Assembly (NCBI GenBank): GCA_000004695.1
Contig: CM000155.2
Coordinates: 160,001 to 224,000 of the forward strand
Source of the DNA: Dictyostelium discoideum
Lineage: Eukaryota
Reading direction: 5' to 3'
Length of the DNA stretch: 64,000 bases
Of the stretch, positions 41,367 through 61,927 are shown piece after piece; the stretch's first letter is position 1; the number at the start of each line of letters is the position of its first letter. The position numbers and the translations under genes are program-made. The notes under the pieces were generated by a model. It saw nothing but the letters and a program-made list of their open reading frames with translations, was not told where the DNA came from and did no database searches.

Positions 41367-43505
41367 ATGTCTCAAATGATTGTAAGAAATATATTAAACC
41401 TTTATTTATCACTATTACACTATATATATTGATCAAATACTCACCAAACTATCTTTTAATTTTTTTTTTTTCAATATTTAAAAAAAAAAACATCAAACCC
41501 CCAAATTTTCAAATATTAACAATTCACCATATTCTTATTTTTAAAAACAAACAAACAATTAAAAACAAACAAATAAATAAACAAACAAACAAACAAACAA
41601 ACAAACAAACAAACAAACAAACAAACAAACAAACAATCAATCAATCAATCAATAAAACAAATAAATAAATAAACAAATAAATAAACAAACGAACGAACAA
41701 ATAAACAAACGAATGAACAAATGAATGAACAAATCAAATAAATACAAATGAATTAAATTAATTTAATTAAATTAATAATTTTGGAATTTTCAATTAATCA
41801 ATAAATGAAAAATTTTAAATGAAATTTATTATTATTATTATTATTATTATAGAGACCACCAATTGTACTTTTAAAAGAAGGTACAGATACATCACAAGGT
41901 TTACCACAATTAATTAGTAATATAAATGCATGTTGTGCAATCGTAGATACAGTACGTACAACATTAGGACCACGTGGTATGGATAAATTAATCTATCAAA
42001 GCGAAAGACAGGTTACCATATCAAACGATGGTGCCACCGTTATGAAATTATTAGATATTGTACATCCAGCAGCACGTACATTGGTAGATATAGCAAAGAG
42101 TCAAGATTCAGAAGTTGGTGATGGTACAACCAGTGTAGTGATTTTAGCAGGTGAATTCCTTAAAGCAGCCAAACCATTCCTCGAGGAGGGTATTCATCCA
42201 CAAATTATAATCCGTGCCTTTAGAAGTGCATGTGAATTGGCTAAACAAAAGATTCAAGAGTTGAGCGTAGATATCAAACCAGAAAACATGAGAGAATTCC
42301 TCGAAAAGTGTGCTTCAACCTCGATGAACTCTAAATTAATCGCCTCTCACAAACAATTCTTTAGTAAAATGGTGGTAGACGCCGTACAATTGTTGGACGA
42401 CAATATCGATCTCGATATGATTGGCATCAAGAAGGAGAGTGGTGGTGGTTTGGGTGACTCTCAATTCATTGCTGGTGCCGCCTTCAAACGTACCTTTTTC
42501 TATGCAGGTTTCGAGCAACAACCAAAACACATCAAAAATCCAAAAGTACTCTGTCTCAACATTGAATTGGAATTAAAGGCAGAGAAAGACAATGCAGAGA
42601 TTCGTATCTCTGACCCAACTAAATATCAATCATTGGTCAATGCAGAGTGGAAGTTGTTCTTTGACAAACTCGAAGCCATCCATGCAAGCGGTGTCAATGT
42701 CGTCCTCTCCAAATTGGCCATTGGTGATTTGGCCACCCAATTCTTTGCCGACAAGAATATGTTTTGTGCTGGTCGTGTACCTGATGATGACATTCGTCGT
42801 GTTTGTCGTGCCACCGGTGCTGCCATCCAAAACACTACATCCAATATCATCCCAGACGTAATTGGTACCTGCGACCTCTTTGAAGAGGTTCAAGTAGGTG
42901 GTCAACGTTACAACTTGTTCACTGGCTGCACAATGACCCAAACCGCCACTATCATCCTTCGTGGTGGTGGTGAACAATTCATCGATGAGGCCGAACGTTC
43001 CCTTCACGATTCTATCATGATCGTTAGACGTGCCCGTAAACATAGATCAGTGGTTGCCGGTGGTGGTGCTATTGAAATGGAAGTCTCTAAATATCTTCGT
43101 GACTATTCCCTCTCCATTGAAGGTAAGAAGCAACTCCTCATCAATGCTTTCGCTAAAGCACTCGAAGTCATCCCAAGACAAATCGCCGATAATGCTGGTT
43201 TCGACTCTACCGATATCCTCAATCAATTAAGACAAAAACATGCTCAAGGTGAAAAATGGTTTGGTGTTGACATTGTAAACGAAGGTATTTGTGATACCTA
43301 TGAATCTGCAATTTGGGAACCATCTCTCGTTAAACTCAATTCAATCGTTGCCGCAACTGAAGCAACTTGTTTAATCCTCTCTGTTGATGAAACCGTTCAA
43401 AATAATCAAGCTGAACAAGCTCAAGCTGGTCCACAAATTAATAACCAAACACGTCAAGCTTTATCACGTGGTAGAGGTGTTCAAGCAATGAGAGGTAGAG
43501 GTTAA
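41367..43505 (+). CDS. cct7: T-complex protein 1 subunit eta (CCT7), two exons
   Basis: Exon 1 is 41367..41381 (ATG TCT CAA ATG ATT then GTAAGA). Exon 2 is 41853..43505 (acceptor ttattatag; [63 protein letters not shown]...ending [11 protein letters not shown]). It is colinear with human CCT7 ([51 protein letters not shown]...). Confidence 0.9.
41548..41745. repeat. (CAAA)n / (AAAC)n microsatellite of about 25 units, degenerating into (AAATAAAC) and (GAAC) variants, inside cct7 intron 1
   Basis: Direct reading of acaaacaaacaaac...caatcaatcaatcaat...aaacaaacgaacgaacaa. Confidence 0.85.
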
Positions 43506-43635
43506 AAAAAAAAAAAAAAAAAAAACAAATTTAATTAAATAATAATAAAAAAAAAAAAAAATAAAATAAAATAAAAAAAAAAAAAAAAAATTAAAAAATA
43601 ATTAAATGTATACAAATAAGATTTTAAAAAATTTA

Positions 43636-44279
43636 TTTAATATCTATTAATTGGTACCCATTTTGGAGCATCAGTAAATAATCTCATTGCATGAATATTT
43701 CTACTTTCATCAAGTGCAAAACGATGATACATATTTGCTGGCTATTAATTTTTTTTTTTTTTTTTCATTGTTAGTAAATCGTTTTTTTTTTAATTTTTTT
43801 TCATTTCATTTTGGATTATAATAATAATGTTAATACATACAACTATAATTAAATCACCTTTTTTTTCTTTAATTTTAACCCATTTATCATTTTTATCACG
43901 AATATCAAAGAAACCACAACCATCTAAAATGAATCTAATTTCTTCATCATCATGTAAGTGTCTATTTTTTATTTTTTTAATTTTTTTATTTTTTTTAAAC
44001 AATAATAATAATAATAATTAGTATTTTTTTTTAGTTATTATTTAAATAAATAAATAAATACTCTTCAAAGAAAATTTTTAATTTATCTTCTAAACCTGGT
44101 GTTTCTTTTGATAATTTAACTTCATCTCTATTTTTGTAACCTCTTTCTTTACAAAGGGTCTCTAAAGGTTCTTTATAATTTTCCTTTTCCCTATCCATTG
44201 GAAAATATAATACATTGTGTTCTTTTAAATAGTCAAGTGAAATTACATCACTTTCATTATCATAAAAATAACTTTTCAT
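43636..44279 (-). CDS. adi1: 1,2-dihydroxy-3-keto-5-methylthiopentene (acireductone) dioxygenase, ARD/ADI1, three exons
   Basis: Exon 1 is about 44062..44279 ([73 protein letters not shown] then GTATTT). Exon 2 is about 43841..43961 ([40 protein letters not shown] then GTATGT). Exon 3 is about 43636..43739 ([34 protein letters not shown] stop). It matches human ADI1 (...[32 protein letters not shown]...[36 protein letters not shown]). Confidence 0.8.
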
Positions 44280-44381
44280 TTTTTAGTTTTAATATTAAAT
44301 TTATCGGAGACAATTAAAAAAAAAAAACAATAAATTTAAAAAAATAATAAAATTAAAAAAAAAAAAAAAAAAAAAATTTGG

Positions 44382-44413
<32 letters not shown>

Positions 44414-44788
44414 TAAAACTGGAAAGAAAGAAAAAAATAATAAGATTAACAATGTTACAATGAATTTAAAATTTAAAATTTGATTCAATTAAAAAATTTT
44501 AAATATTTATTTCTTTTTAGGAAATAAATAAAATAATATTATATAAAAAAAAATAAAAAAAGTAATTAAATAACCCTAATATAAATTTTTTATTTTTTTT
44601 TTTTATTTTTTTTTGGAATTTGAATAAAAGTTTATTTTAATAAACAACCCCCCCACCTACCACCCAACTCACCACACTCACCACTTAACATCATATTTCT
44701 ATAAAAATTAATTACTTTATTTATATGTAAAACCCGTTCAATGTTAAATTTAAAAGAATTTAAACTATCCACACTCCATTTAAATAAA

Positions 44789-44824
<36 letters not shown>

Positions 44825-45951
44825 AAAATTAATTAAATTTATTTTAAAATAAATAATTAATTAATTAATTAATTAATTAATTTAAAAAATAATAATATAA
44901 TTTTTAATAAAAATTTTTTTTTTTCTTTTATCCTACACCCCACACTATTATTTACCACACATATTTATTATTATTATTGTTAATATTGTAGTAAATATTA
45001 TTAAAAAAAAAAAAAAAAAAAAAAAGGAAAAAAAATATACACAAAGTAGTAATTTTAATTTTGTATGTATACACACTATTAATTATATTAATAAAAACAT
45101 TTTAATTCTAAATAATAAAATATTATTATTTTAGTTATAGAGATATACATCAAAAATACCATAAAAACGATTATTAATTTTGAAATCTCACACACACACG
45201 CTCTCTTTTTCATTATCTCTTCATTATTAATAGATTGAATTTTTATAAAATTAAATATTAATTTTTATTTTAATGGGTAATTGTATAGTAATAATAATAA
45301 CATATATTTTAAATTATACAAACAATATTTTTGTTTTTATCAAATTTAATTTTTTTTTTCTTATTAATTTCACACATATAATTGGAGCAGTAATCAATTT
45401 TTTTTTTTTTTTTTTAAAATAATTATTTGTTTTTATTCATTAAAATTATTATTTATTATTTATTATTTATTATTACTATTATTTTTTTTTTAATTCTTTT
45501 TTAATACTATAACAATATTGTACATATATATATTTTAAATTAAATATTTATTAATATTTTTAATTTTTTTTTTTTTTATCCAATATATTATTTTAAATAA
45601 TAAATTTCCAAATTTACTAAAAAAAATTAATCAAATTAGTAGGATACAAATACGTTATTGGGTTAATTTAATAGTCTATTTAGTTTATTTTTTTATTTAT
45701 TTATTCAAATTATTTTAAAAATTAAATAATAATATTTTAATATATATTTTTTTTTTTTTTTTTTTTTCAAAAAAAAAGAAGATCATAATGGAAATTTAAA
45801 TTAGGAAATAAAAATTCACATAAAATTATAATATATTATCAAATTCAAATATCAAATATCAATTGTTATAAAAAAAAAAAAAAAAAAAAATATTTAAAAA
45901 AAAAAAAAAATAATTTCTTTAAACAAATAATTTATTTTTTCAATTTTTACA

Positions 45952-53677
<7,726 letters not shown>

Positions 53678-54263
53678 ACTAAATAAACGAAAAAAAAACA
53701 ATAAAAATTATATTATTACCTTTTTATTTATAAAAAAAGAGAAAAAAAAGTGTTTAGTTTTATTTTTAAAATAATTAAATTAATAAATAATAAAGTTGAA
53801 GAATTTAAAAATAATGTGGATTTCATTTTTTATTTATATAATATCTCAAATACTTTTAAAATTCAATTATTATTTTATTTGAATCATAAAAGTCTCATGG
53901 AATAACATTTAAAACAATCAGAGACATTTTAAAAAAAAAAAAAAAAAATTAATTGGATAATTTTAATAATTATTTAAATTTTTTTATTTGATTTTTTTTT
54001 TTTTTTTTTTTACAAATATGCTCCAAAGCATTTTAATATTTTGTTTTAATTATTAAATATTAATTTTTTTTTTTTTTAAAATATATTTATTGGGAAATGT
54101 TTGGACAACCAACAATTTTTTTCAAATTTTCACCAATTGGTATTGAAAAAGTTATTTTAAAAAATATGATTAATTTTAATAATTAAATTAAATTTATAAA
54201 TAAATTATCTTTTATAAATTTTATTACATAGTTTTATTTTATTTAATTTTATTTTATTTTAAT

Positions 54264-57200
54264 TTAATACCAACTACACCAACCAACATACATATTACAT
54301 AAATGTTTTGGATTAGTAGCTTCTTGAATTAAATGATTAACTTGACCTTCAATTGAAAGTTGTAAACCAACTGTTGGAATGCCTTGTAATGTTGCACTAA
54401 TTCTTTTTAAAATTTCAACTGCTTGATCATTTTCAACTTCACCAAAATGAGTATTATTATTATTATTAGAGTTTTGATTTTTCTTGTCAAATAATATAAG
54501 AAAAGGATCATAGATAAAGTTTTCCAAAACACGAAGTAAAACCTCTTTATTTGATCTAAGAACTCTTAATGTATTTTCACAAACTGTTTTGAATGTACCT
54601 TCAACACCTAAAACTCCGAAAACATCTACCATATTACGAGTTAAACGGAATGGTACTCTCTCTGGAACAGTAAAAGTTTCACCTTTCCAAAACAAGCAAT
54701 TGTAATCGATATGAACACATTCACCAGTAATTGAATCCAATAGAATATTTTCAGTATGACGATCACCCAAACCCAATACACTACCAACCATTGACATGAT
54801 GGCACAAGATCGAGCAAATGCATCTCTTGCATCTAACCAAGCAGAAGGCTCAGGGAAATTTGTAATGAAATGTTTATGTAGTACTGGTGGGAAGAATCTA
54901 TTGAAATCTTCAAAGAGATCTAGATAATGTTTCTCCTTTTTAGCGTTTACCATTTGATTAAATCTATCGATGCCTATAGTATCCATAGTTTCATAAATAC
55001 CACCAAGAATGGAACGTAAGGTGGCAGTATTTGAAACCCATTCAATGATACCACTCTCTTCGTTGAATGGAATTACAGTGTAAGTTCTAATCTTTAGATT
55101 ACGTTTTCTACAAGCTGGATCCTTCTTTATGAGCTTATTGACCATTGTATTGAATTCCATAACACGTTGATCTTTTCTAAGGTCATCATTTGGTTTGAGG
55201 AGGAAACTGTATCTATTACCTTGACGATCGTTAACATTGATTTTCTTTGGGCCTTGAAGGGATGGCATAATATCGATTTGATCTTCGAATGAACCAATCA
55301 AAGGTAATGAACCAAATGCTGGATAGGATTTATCAGGTTTACCATTTGGTGGTAAACTAACATTTAAAGAGGATTGAAGTGGTAAGATAACGGTTAGATC
55401 TTTCATTTCATAGAGTTTCTTAAAGATTTCAGACATTTTTATACTATATCTTTTATTGGCTTTCTTTGGATGATTTGAAACTGCGAGCAATTGTGCACAC
55501 AATAGAATGGTTTCATCTTGATTCTTTTTGATTGCATCAGTTTTTCTGGCTTTTTCTAAACAAGTACGTGCTCTTTGTTTTCTAATGGATGAACTGGAAC
55601 GATATTGCATCATCATGATCCAAATCGATTGTTTTGGAAACTCTATCATTGTCCTTATAATGATTTTTTCCAATATTAACCATGTATCAGTGTTTTTATG
55701 ACAGATTCTTGAGGCAACCTGTGATAAAAACATTAACCAATTTGAGGCAGGTACATCCAACTCTAGTTTTGACATTGCTTTCTTTATGGATTCCAATGAA
55801 TCAGAGGTAACTTTTGTTGATTTCTCTGGAATTTTAAAATCACTAAATATTACACCAAGTTCACACCATAATGCTATAATTCTAGTTAATGTTTGATAAA
55901 TATAAGAATGGCCTAATATAACCGCTTGACCATAGGATGAAATGATATTTCTAGTATAATCGACATAGGAAACACTATCTAATGGAGGTGAATTTGGTGA
56001 ATTTTGATTAACCCTCTTAAGATTTGATAAAAGTGAATCATAATATCTACCTAGGAAAAAGAAACCTTTCTCCCATTCAAAAGCTGTTGCACTTGAATAA
56101 TGTTCAGTTAGCTCTGAATGATGAGTAATACCACATTGTTGTTTCCATCTTGCAATTAATAAATGAGTTTTTGAAATTATAAATAAATCTTCTTGTGGTA
56201 AACCTAATAATGATAATTTACTACCATTATTAATATTAATATTACTACTACTATTATTACTACTGTTATTATTACTATTAATTATTGGATTCCATTTATT
56301 TTTTAATTCTTGAGTTAAAATATTAATTGCTTCAAAACTATGACCTTGATTCCACATTAATTTTGCATGTTCAATGAAATAGAATTTATCTTGTTGTGAT
56401 GGTGTTGGTTTTAAAATTGCATTTAAAGAGAGTTCAAACTTTTTATCATGTCTTGCATACTTTCCAATTTTCATCCAACAATCAATAACTTCTTTCGAGA
56501 ATGAACCAATCTCTAAGATCTCTCTACGAACACTAAGAATACTTTCTCTAAGTTTAAATGATGGTTGAATAATTTTTAATCTATCATCCCATTCAGATAA
56601 TAATTTCTTTAACATTTGTTGTTTTTGAACATTATTATTATTACTATTGTTATTATTACCAATATTATTATTATTATTTGTAATTGTAACATTTTCAATT
56701 GGAATTACATTATAATGAATTAATTTATAACTTTGTTCAATTTCTTCAAGGATATGTGCTTGAATTAAGTAAGGATAACATCTTTGATAAGAATCTAAAG
56801 CTGAACCATTTAAAAGTTGAGCTAAAAATGATCTACATTGGAATAGGTTTGAATTAAATTCTTTTTCTTGTTTTTTAACCAATGAATATAAAATTCTACC
56901 CAAATATGCTTCAAAATTTGGTTCATGTGTTTGAGATAATGTTTCATCAATTTTATCCCAATGTGATAATCTCCAAGATGATTGAATTTTAATGGTACCA
57001 AGTTTAGATTGATCTTTATTAGTTAACCATGGTTCTTGTTTTAAACCTTCAATTTGAAGTAATAATGATTCATGTTGACCTAAATTGAATAGACAATTGA
57101 GTGCTCCAATTCTAAGATCCATATTAATTGGTGATCTTTCCAATGCAGTATTATAATAAAGTAATGCATCACCCCAAAATCCTTGACTTTCCAATTCAAC

Positions 57201-57386
57201 TATCTTTTCTTCATTCGATGGTGAACCAACTCTCTTATGAGATAAACCTATTAAACCATCAATATCATCCATTTCATGATAAATCTTTTGTAATAATTGT
57301 AAATTATTATTTAATGCTAATTCTCTAGCACTTGCCATTGAAGCTGGTTGTGATGAATTTAATATTGGAATTTGTTGTTGTTGAAC

Positions 57387-57429
<43 letters not shown>

Positions 57430-59848
57430 GGTTGTTGTTGTTGAAGTTGTTGTTGATATTGTAAATTTTGTTGTTGCATATTTAATTGTAGATTTAATTG
57501 ATGTTGTTGTTGTTGTTGTTTTAATATTTGACTAGTTTCATTTCTAATTAATGATTCCATATAACTTAATGATGTAGATAATGCACCACATCTATAGGAA
57601 GCAAAAGCTAAAATTTTCTCTGGAATACCATTTAAGAAACGTTCAATTACGACAACATCTGGTGGAGATTCCAACTTTTTTGATTTTCCTTTTTGAGAGG
57701 CTGTTCTTTGTTGTTGAGTTAGAAAATATTTTCTCTTTCTAACATCGATCCAATTGTTTAGACTATTGATTACATGAAAAATGATTTGAGTACAAATTTG
57801 ACCATTATCAGTACTAAGATCTGTATTATTATTTAATACCTCTAAAATTTCATTCTTTATTGATTGAATATCACTCTCTCTACCATATTCAATGATATTT
57901 AAAATTACCAATGGTAAAAGATAATGACAAATCTTTAAATCATCCTTTATAATACCACGACATGCCATAAATATTGAATCTAAATCATTATTTGCTGAAC
58001 CTGGTGAACCTTTAGTTTTAAATAATAAATCAGATAACCAACTTGTTATCCATTTTTTATAAGTCATATTTGAACCATAAAAACATGATGATGAACCAGA
58101 TGAACTAACACCATTACCACCACCATTACCATTACCACCACCACCACCAACTAAATTATTATTCTTTTTTGAAAATAAAGGTAACATATATTCTGAAGAA
58201 TAATATGGTTTAATTATATCATTACATTCATTTGATAATTTCTCTGATAATTTTGTATCTTGACAACATTTTAAAATCTCTTGAATTGCATAACCTGCTC
58301 TATCTTGTGGAGTTGGATTACTTGGTGAAAGAACAAACTTTGCTAAATATTTCTCAATTAATTCTGCAGCGATTTGAACTTTATCCTTTTCAGCGGTTGA
58401 TTGATTTCTAAGACTAAAATCTAATTTCACAGGATCAATTGCACCCAATTCACCAAGACATGTTAAGAAATTTACACTTAACTTTAAGTATGGATCTCTA
58501 CAACCAATTAATAAAGATTTAACCAAATCATTTATTAAAATTGGATCAGAATCTAATTGAATCATTTCATGAATTATAGATTTATTGGCTGATAATAATT
58601 CTTTTAATTTATTGGTTGACATAAGTTTAACTTCAATCGATTCATTTGAGAATAATTCCATCAATTGTTTAATTTGAGTAGTTAAATTTGCTGAACTAGA
58701 TTCTAACTCTTGAATGTAAGGTTTTAAGACTGTATATTCCTTTGGTAGGAAAGGAATAGTTTTAAAATAAGGTTTTAAAATAGTACGATTCTTTATAATT
58801 AAATAATCGAAAATTAATAAAGATTTCTCTGGATATGATTGTACAAATGGTAAAATTGAGAATACAATTTGATTTAATATTGGACCAATACTATCTAATT
58901 TTAATAATTGAATAAAAGTAAACCAAGCATCGATTGCAATCTCCTCCATTGGCGTTTTAATTGCTAATCTTAAGAATGCCATAATCTTTGGTCTGAATAA
59001 ATCCACAGATTGACCCATTAAACCCAATAAACGATGAAAACTGGTCATCATTGTTAACTTTTCTTGAGTACTCTTTTGTTTATTTGTCATTATCATGGTA
59101 AAGAAATTCATTGATCCTAAAAATTCCTTAATTAAGAATTTGTCAAATGTCATATCACCACCAACGAATTGACTAACATAATCTAAAGCTTTCTTTGCTT
59201 GTTGACCATCACCATTGGCCAAATTCAATATAAGCGAATTGATAAATGATTTTGGTAAATTTGAAACCACTGCATCTTGATTGAAATCTGCAAAACGACA
59301 AAAGCATATAATGCAACTTGTTAAATTCTCCACACTGGTAGCATGAATGAAAATATATTCAAATATTAATCCCATTAAATAATCTTGACCACAAAGTTCT
59401 TTTAAATCTTTTAATTCATCTTTTAAACAATTTAAAATATTATTTGAACTCTTGAAAATTAATACTGGTATAACAGTTGGTAAAGATGAAATTAAAAATT
59501 GATTCAACCCTATCCCTAAAAAGTATCTACATAATTCCACCAATGATTGTCTATTTGTATAAAGATTTTCAATAATTCTTGGATTTATATATTGTGCCAT
59601 ATTTGTCATCATTAAAGTTTTTGGTGTTTGATTTAATTTCTTTGCAATAAATTCAATGGTTTCAATTGAATTAACTTTAATTGTTGTTTGTCTTGATAAA
59701 TTTTCAATTAAAGTACAAAATATAATTAAAATAAAATCATTTGAATAAATTTTATCTTGCCATGTTATTGAATCATTATTTGTTGTCGTTGTATTATTAT
59801 TATTTAGTTGATTATTATGTGATGAACTTGAAGATGATAATTGTTGAA

Positions 59849-59882
<34 letters not shown>

Positions 59883-60707
59883 TAATGAATTATTTAAAAT
59901 ATATTGATCTTTTTGTGATTGAATTATTAAATTTGCAATTTTTTTTAATAAATATAAAATTGAAAATAAAATATCCTCCCTTTCACTTTTATTTGAATAA
60001 AGTGGATGTAATTGATAAAAGAAATTTGTTAAAACATCTGGATTAGTTTGATAATTAAATTTTAACATTGAAATTATAATCTTTATAACTGATTTTCTAA
60101 TGATATCATTTCTATTTGCCGATAAAAGATTTAAATAAAATTTAAAGAAACCTTCAATCGATGTTGATGGTAATGGTGAATTATGAATTAAAATATTTTT
60201 AAATGTGAATCCCAAATAAAAATATTTTATCGAAGAATCATGATCACCATCACCACCACCACTAGTCATCATTGAAGTATCATTATCCAAATCGGAATTT
60301 TGACCGTCATGATATTCCAAAAATAATTTTGAAAATAAAATATTCTCTTTATATTTTGATTCTAAAATTAAAATTTGTTCATTATTATTCGTTTTATCAA
60401 TATCCATTATTGTTTCATCTTTTTCATTATTATTATTATTATTGTTTGATGGTGGTGATTTATGAATTGGTCTATAAGGTTTTAAATTTAAATCAACAAT
60501 ATTTGTATTTAATACTGATGAAACTGTAACACATTTACAAGAACATAATGGTAACCAAACACCTTCAAAAATACCACAACCAACTAAATTATTATAATTT
60601 GATAGTAATGGGTCGATTTTAATTCTATTATTTTTAGTATCAGTAAATCTTTGGAGCAGAATAGAGTTATTTATTATTATAAGGTTATTTTGTTCTTGAA
60701 TATTATT

Positions 60708-60752
<45 letters not shown>

Positions 60753-61270
60753 ATTGTTGTTGTTATTGTTTAAGTAAGTACATCTATTTAGATTCTCAAA
60801 GAAACAATAACCTTCCTTCAAACAATATAAACTACCACCAATTACACCAACCATATCTAAAATTAAACTTGTAACATTTAAATCTATTATTGACTCTAAT
60901 CTCTTTATAATGTCATTACACATGATTTGATATTGATGATTGGTTGAAATGGTTGCTAAAGAATTAACTGGTGACATATTTGAAATGAATACTGGCAATA
61001 ATTTTATAACATTAATTAAATAATTTTGATCTAATTTTGATAAATATTTTTCGCCCTTATTATTATTATTATTATTACGTTGTTGTTGTTGACTAGCACT
61101 TATAGCTTGTGAATCACCCATTGAAGATGATGTATCACTTGATATATTAACTAAAATCGGACTACTTGATACGATAGTTGGATTATTTTTATTTGATTCA
61201 CCAACATTTTGTTGACTTGAACTTTTATCTGTTGTTGTAGCTGTAGTTGTTGTTGTGTTTGTAGTAGCAG

Positions 61271-61323
<53 letters not shown>

Positions 61324-61895
61324 GAGTTCACCAATGATTTATTTAATGATAAAGTTGATAAAACAATATCAACTCTTTCATTAACATAATATGAGCATGG
61401 TAACCAACAAACTAAAGAGAAAGAGATCACTTTAATTGAATTAATTATTTCAGCATACTTTGTTAAATTAAATATTGTTGAATGATTTGTTACGATTGTT
61501 GATAATTTAAATAATGATTCTAATAATTGTTCATTTGATTTTAATGTTGAAATTCTATGTAAATATTCAATCTCTACAGTACTTGATAATTTTAATAAAT
61601 CCATTAAAACCTCTAAAAATAAATTATCAAGTTCTTTTTGCTATAATTGAATAATTATTAAAAATTAATATGAAATAAATATATTTATAAAAAAAAAAAA
61701 AAAAGTGGTAGGGATATTATTTTAAAAAAAAAACACTTACTTGAATTATTAAATCATAAATAAAATTTAAATTATTTATGAATAAATTAACTAATTCTTT
61801 TACTGAAACTCTATTATGATGATTTTTACAAATTTTAAAAATGAGATGAAGTGCTTTTAAATAAATTCTAATTGATTTTTGTTGTTCTATTGTTG

Positions 61896-61927
<32 letters not shown>

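Noticed and set aside
42336-43043. Minus-strand ORFs inside cct7 (42336..42530, 42626..42850, 42630..43043) and plus-strand ORFs inside the GPCR (14947..15186) or minus-strand ones inside forJ (51217..51699)
   Set aside because: They are antisense to strongly conserved coding sequence. They are chance open frames in moderately GC-richer exons.
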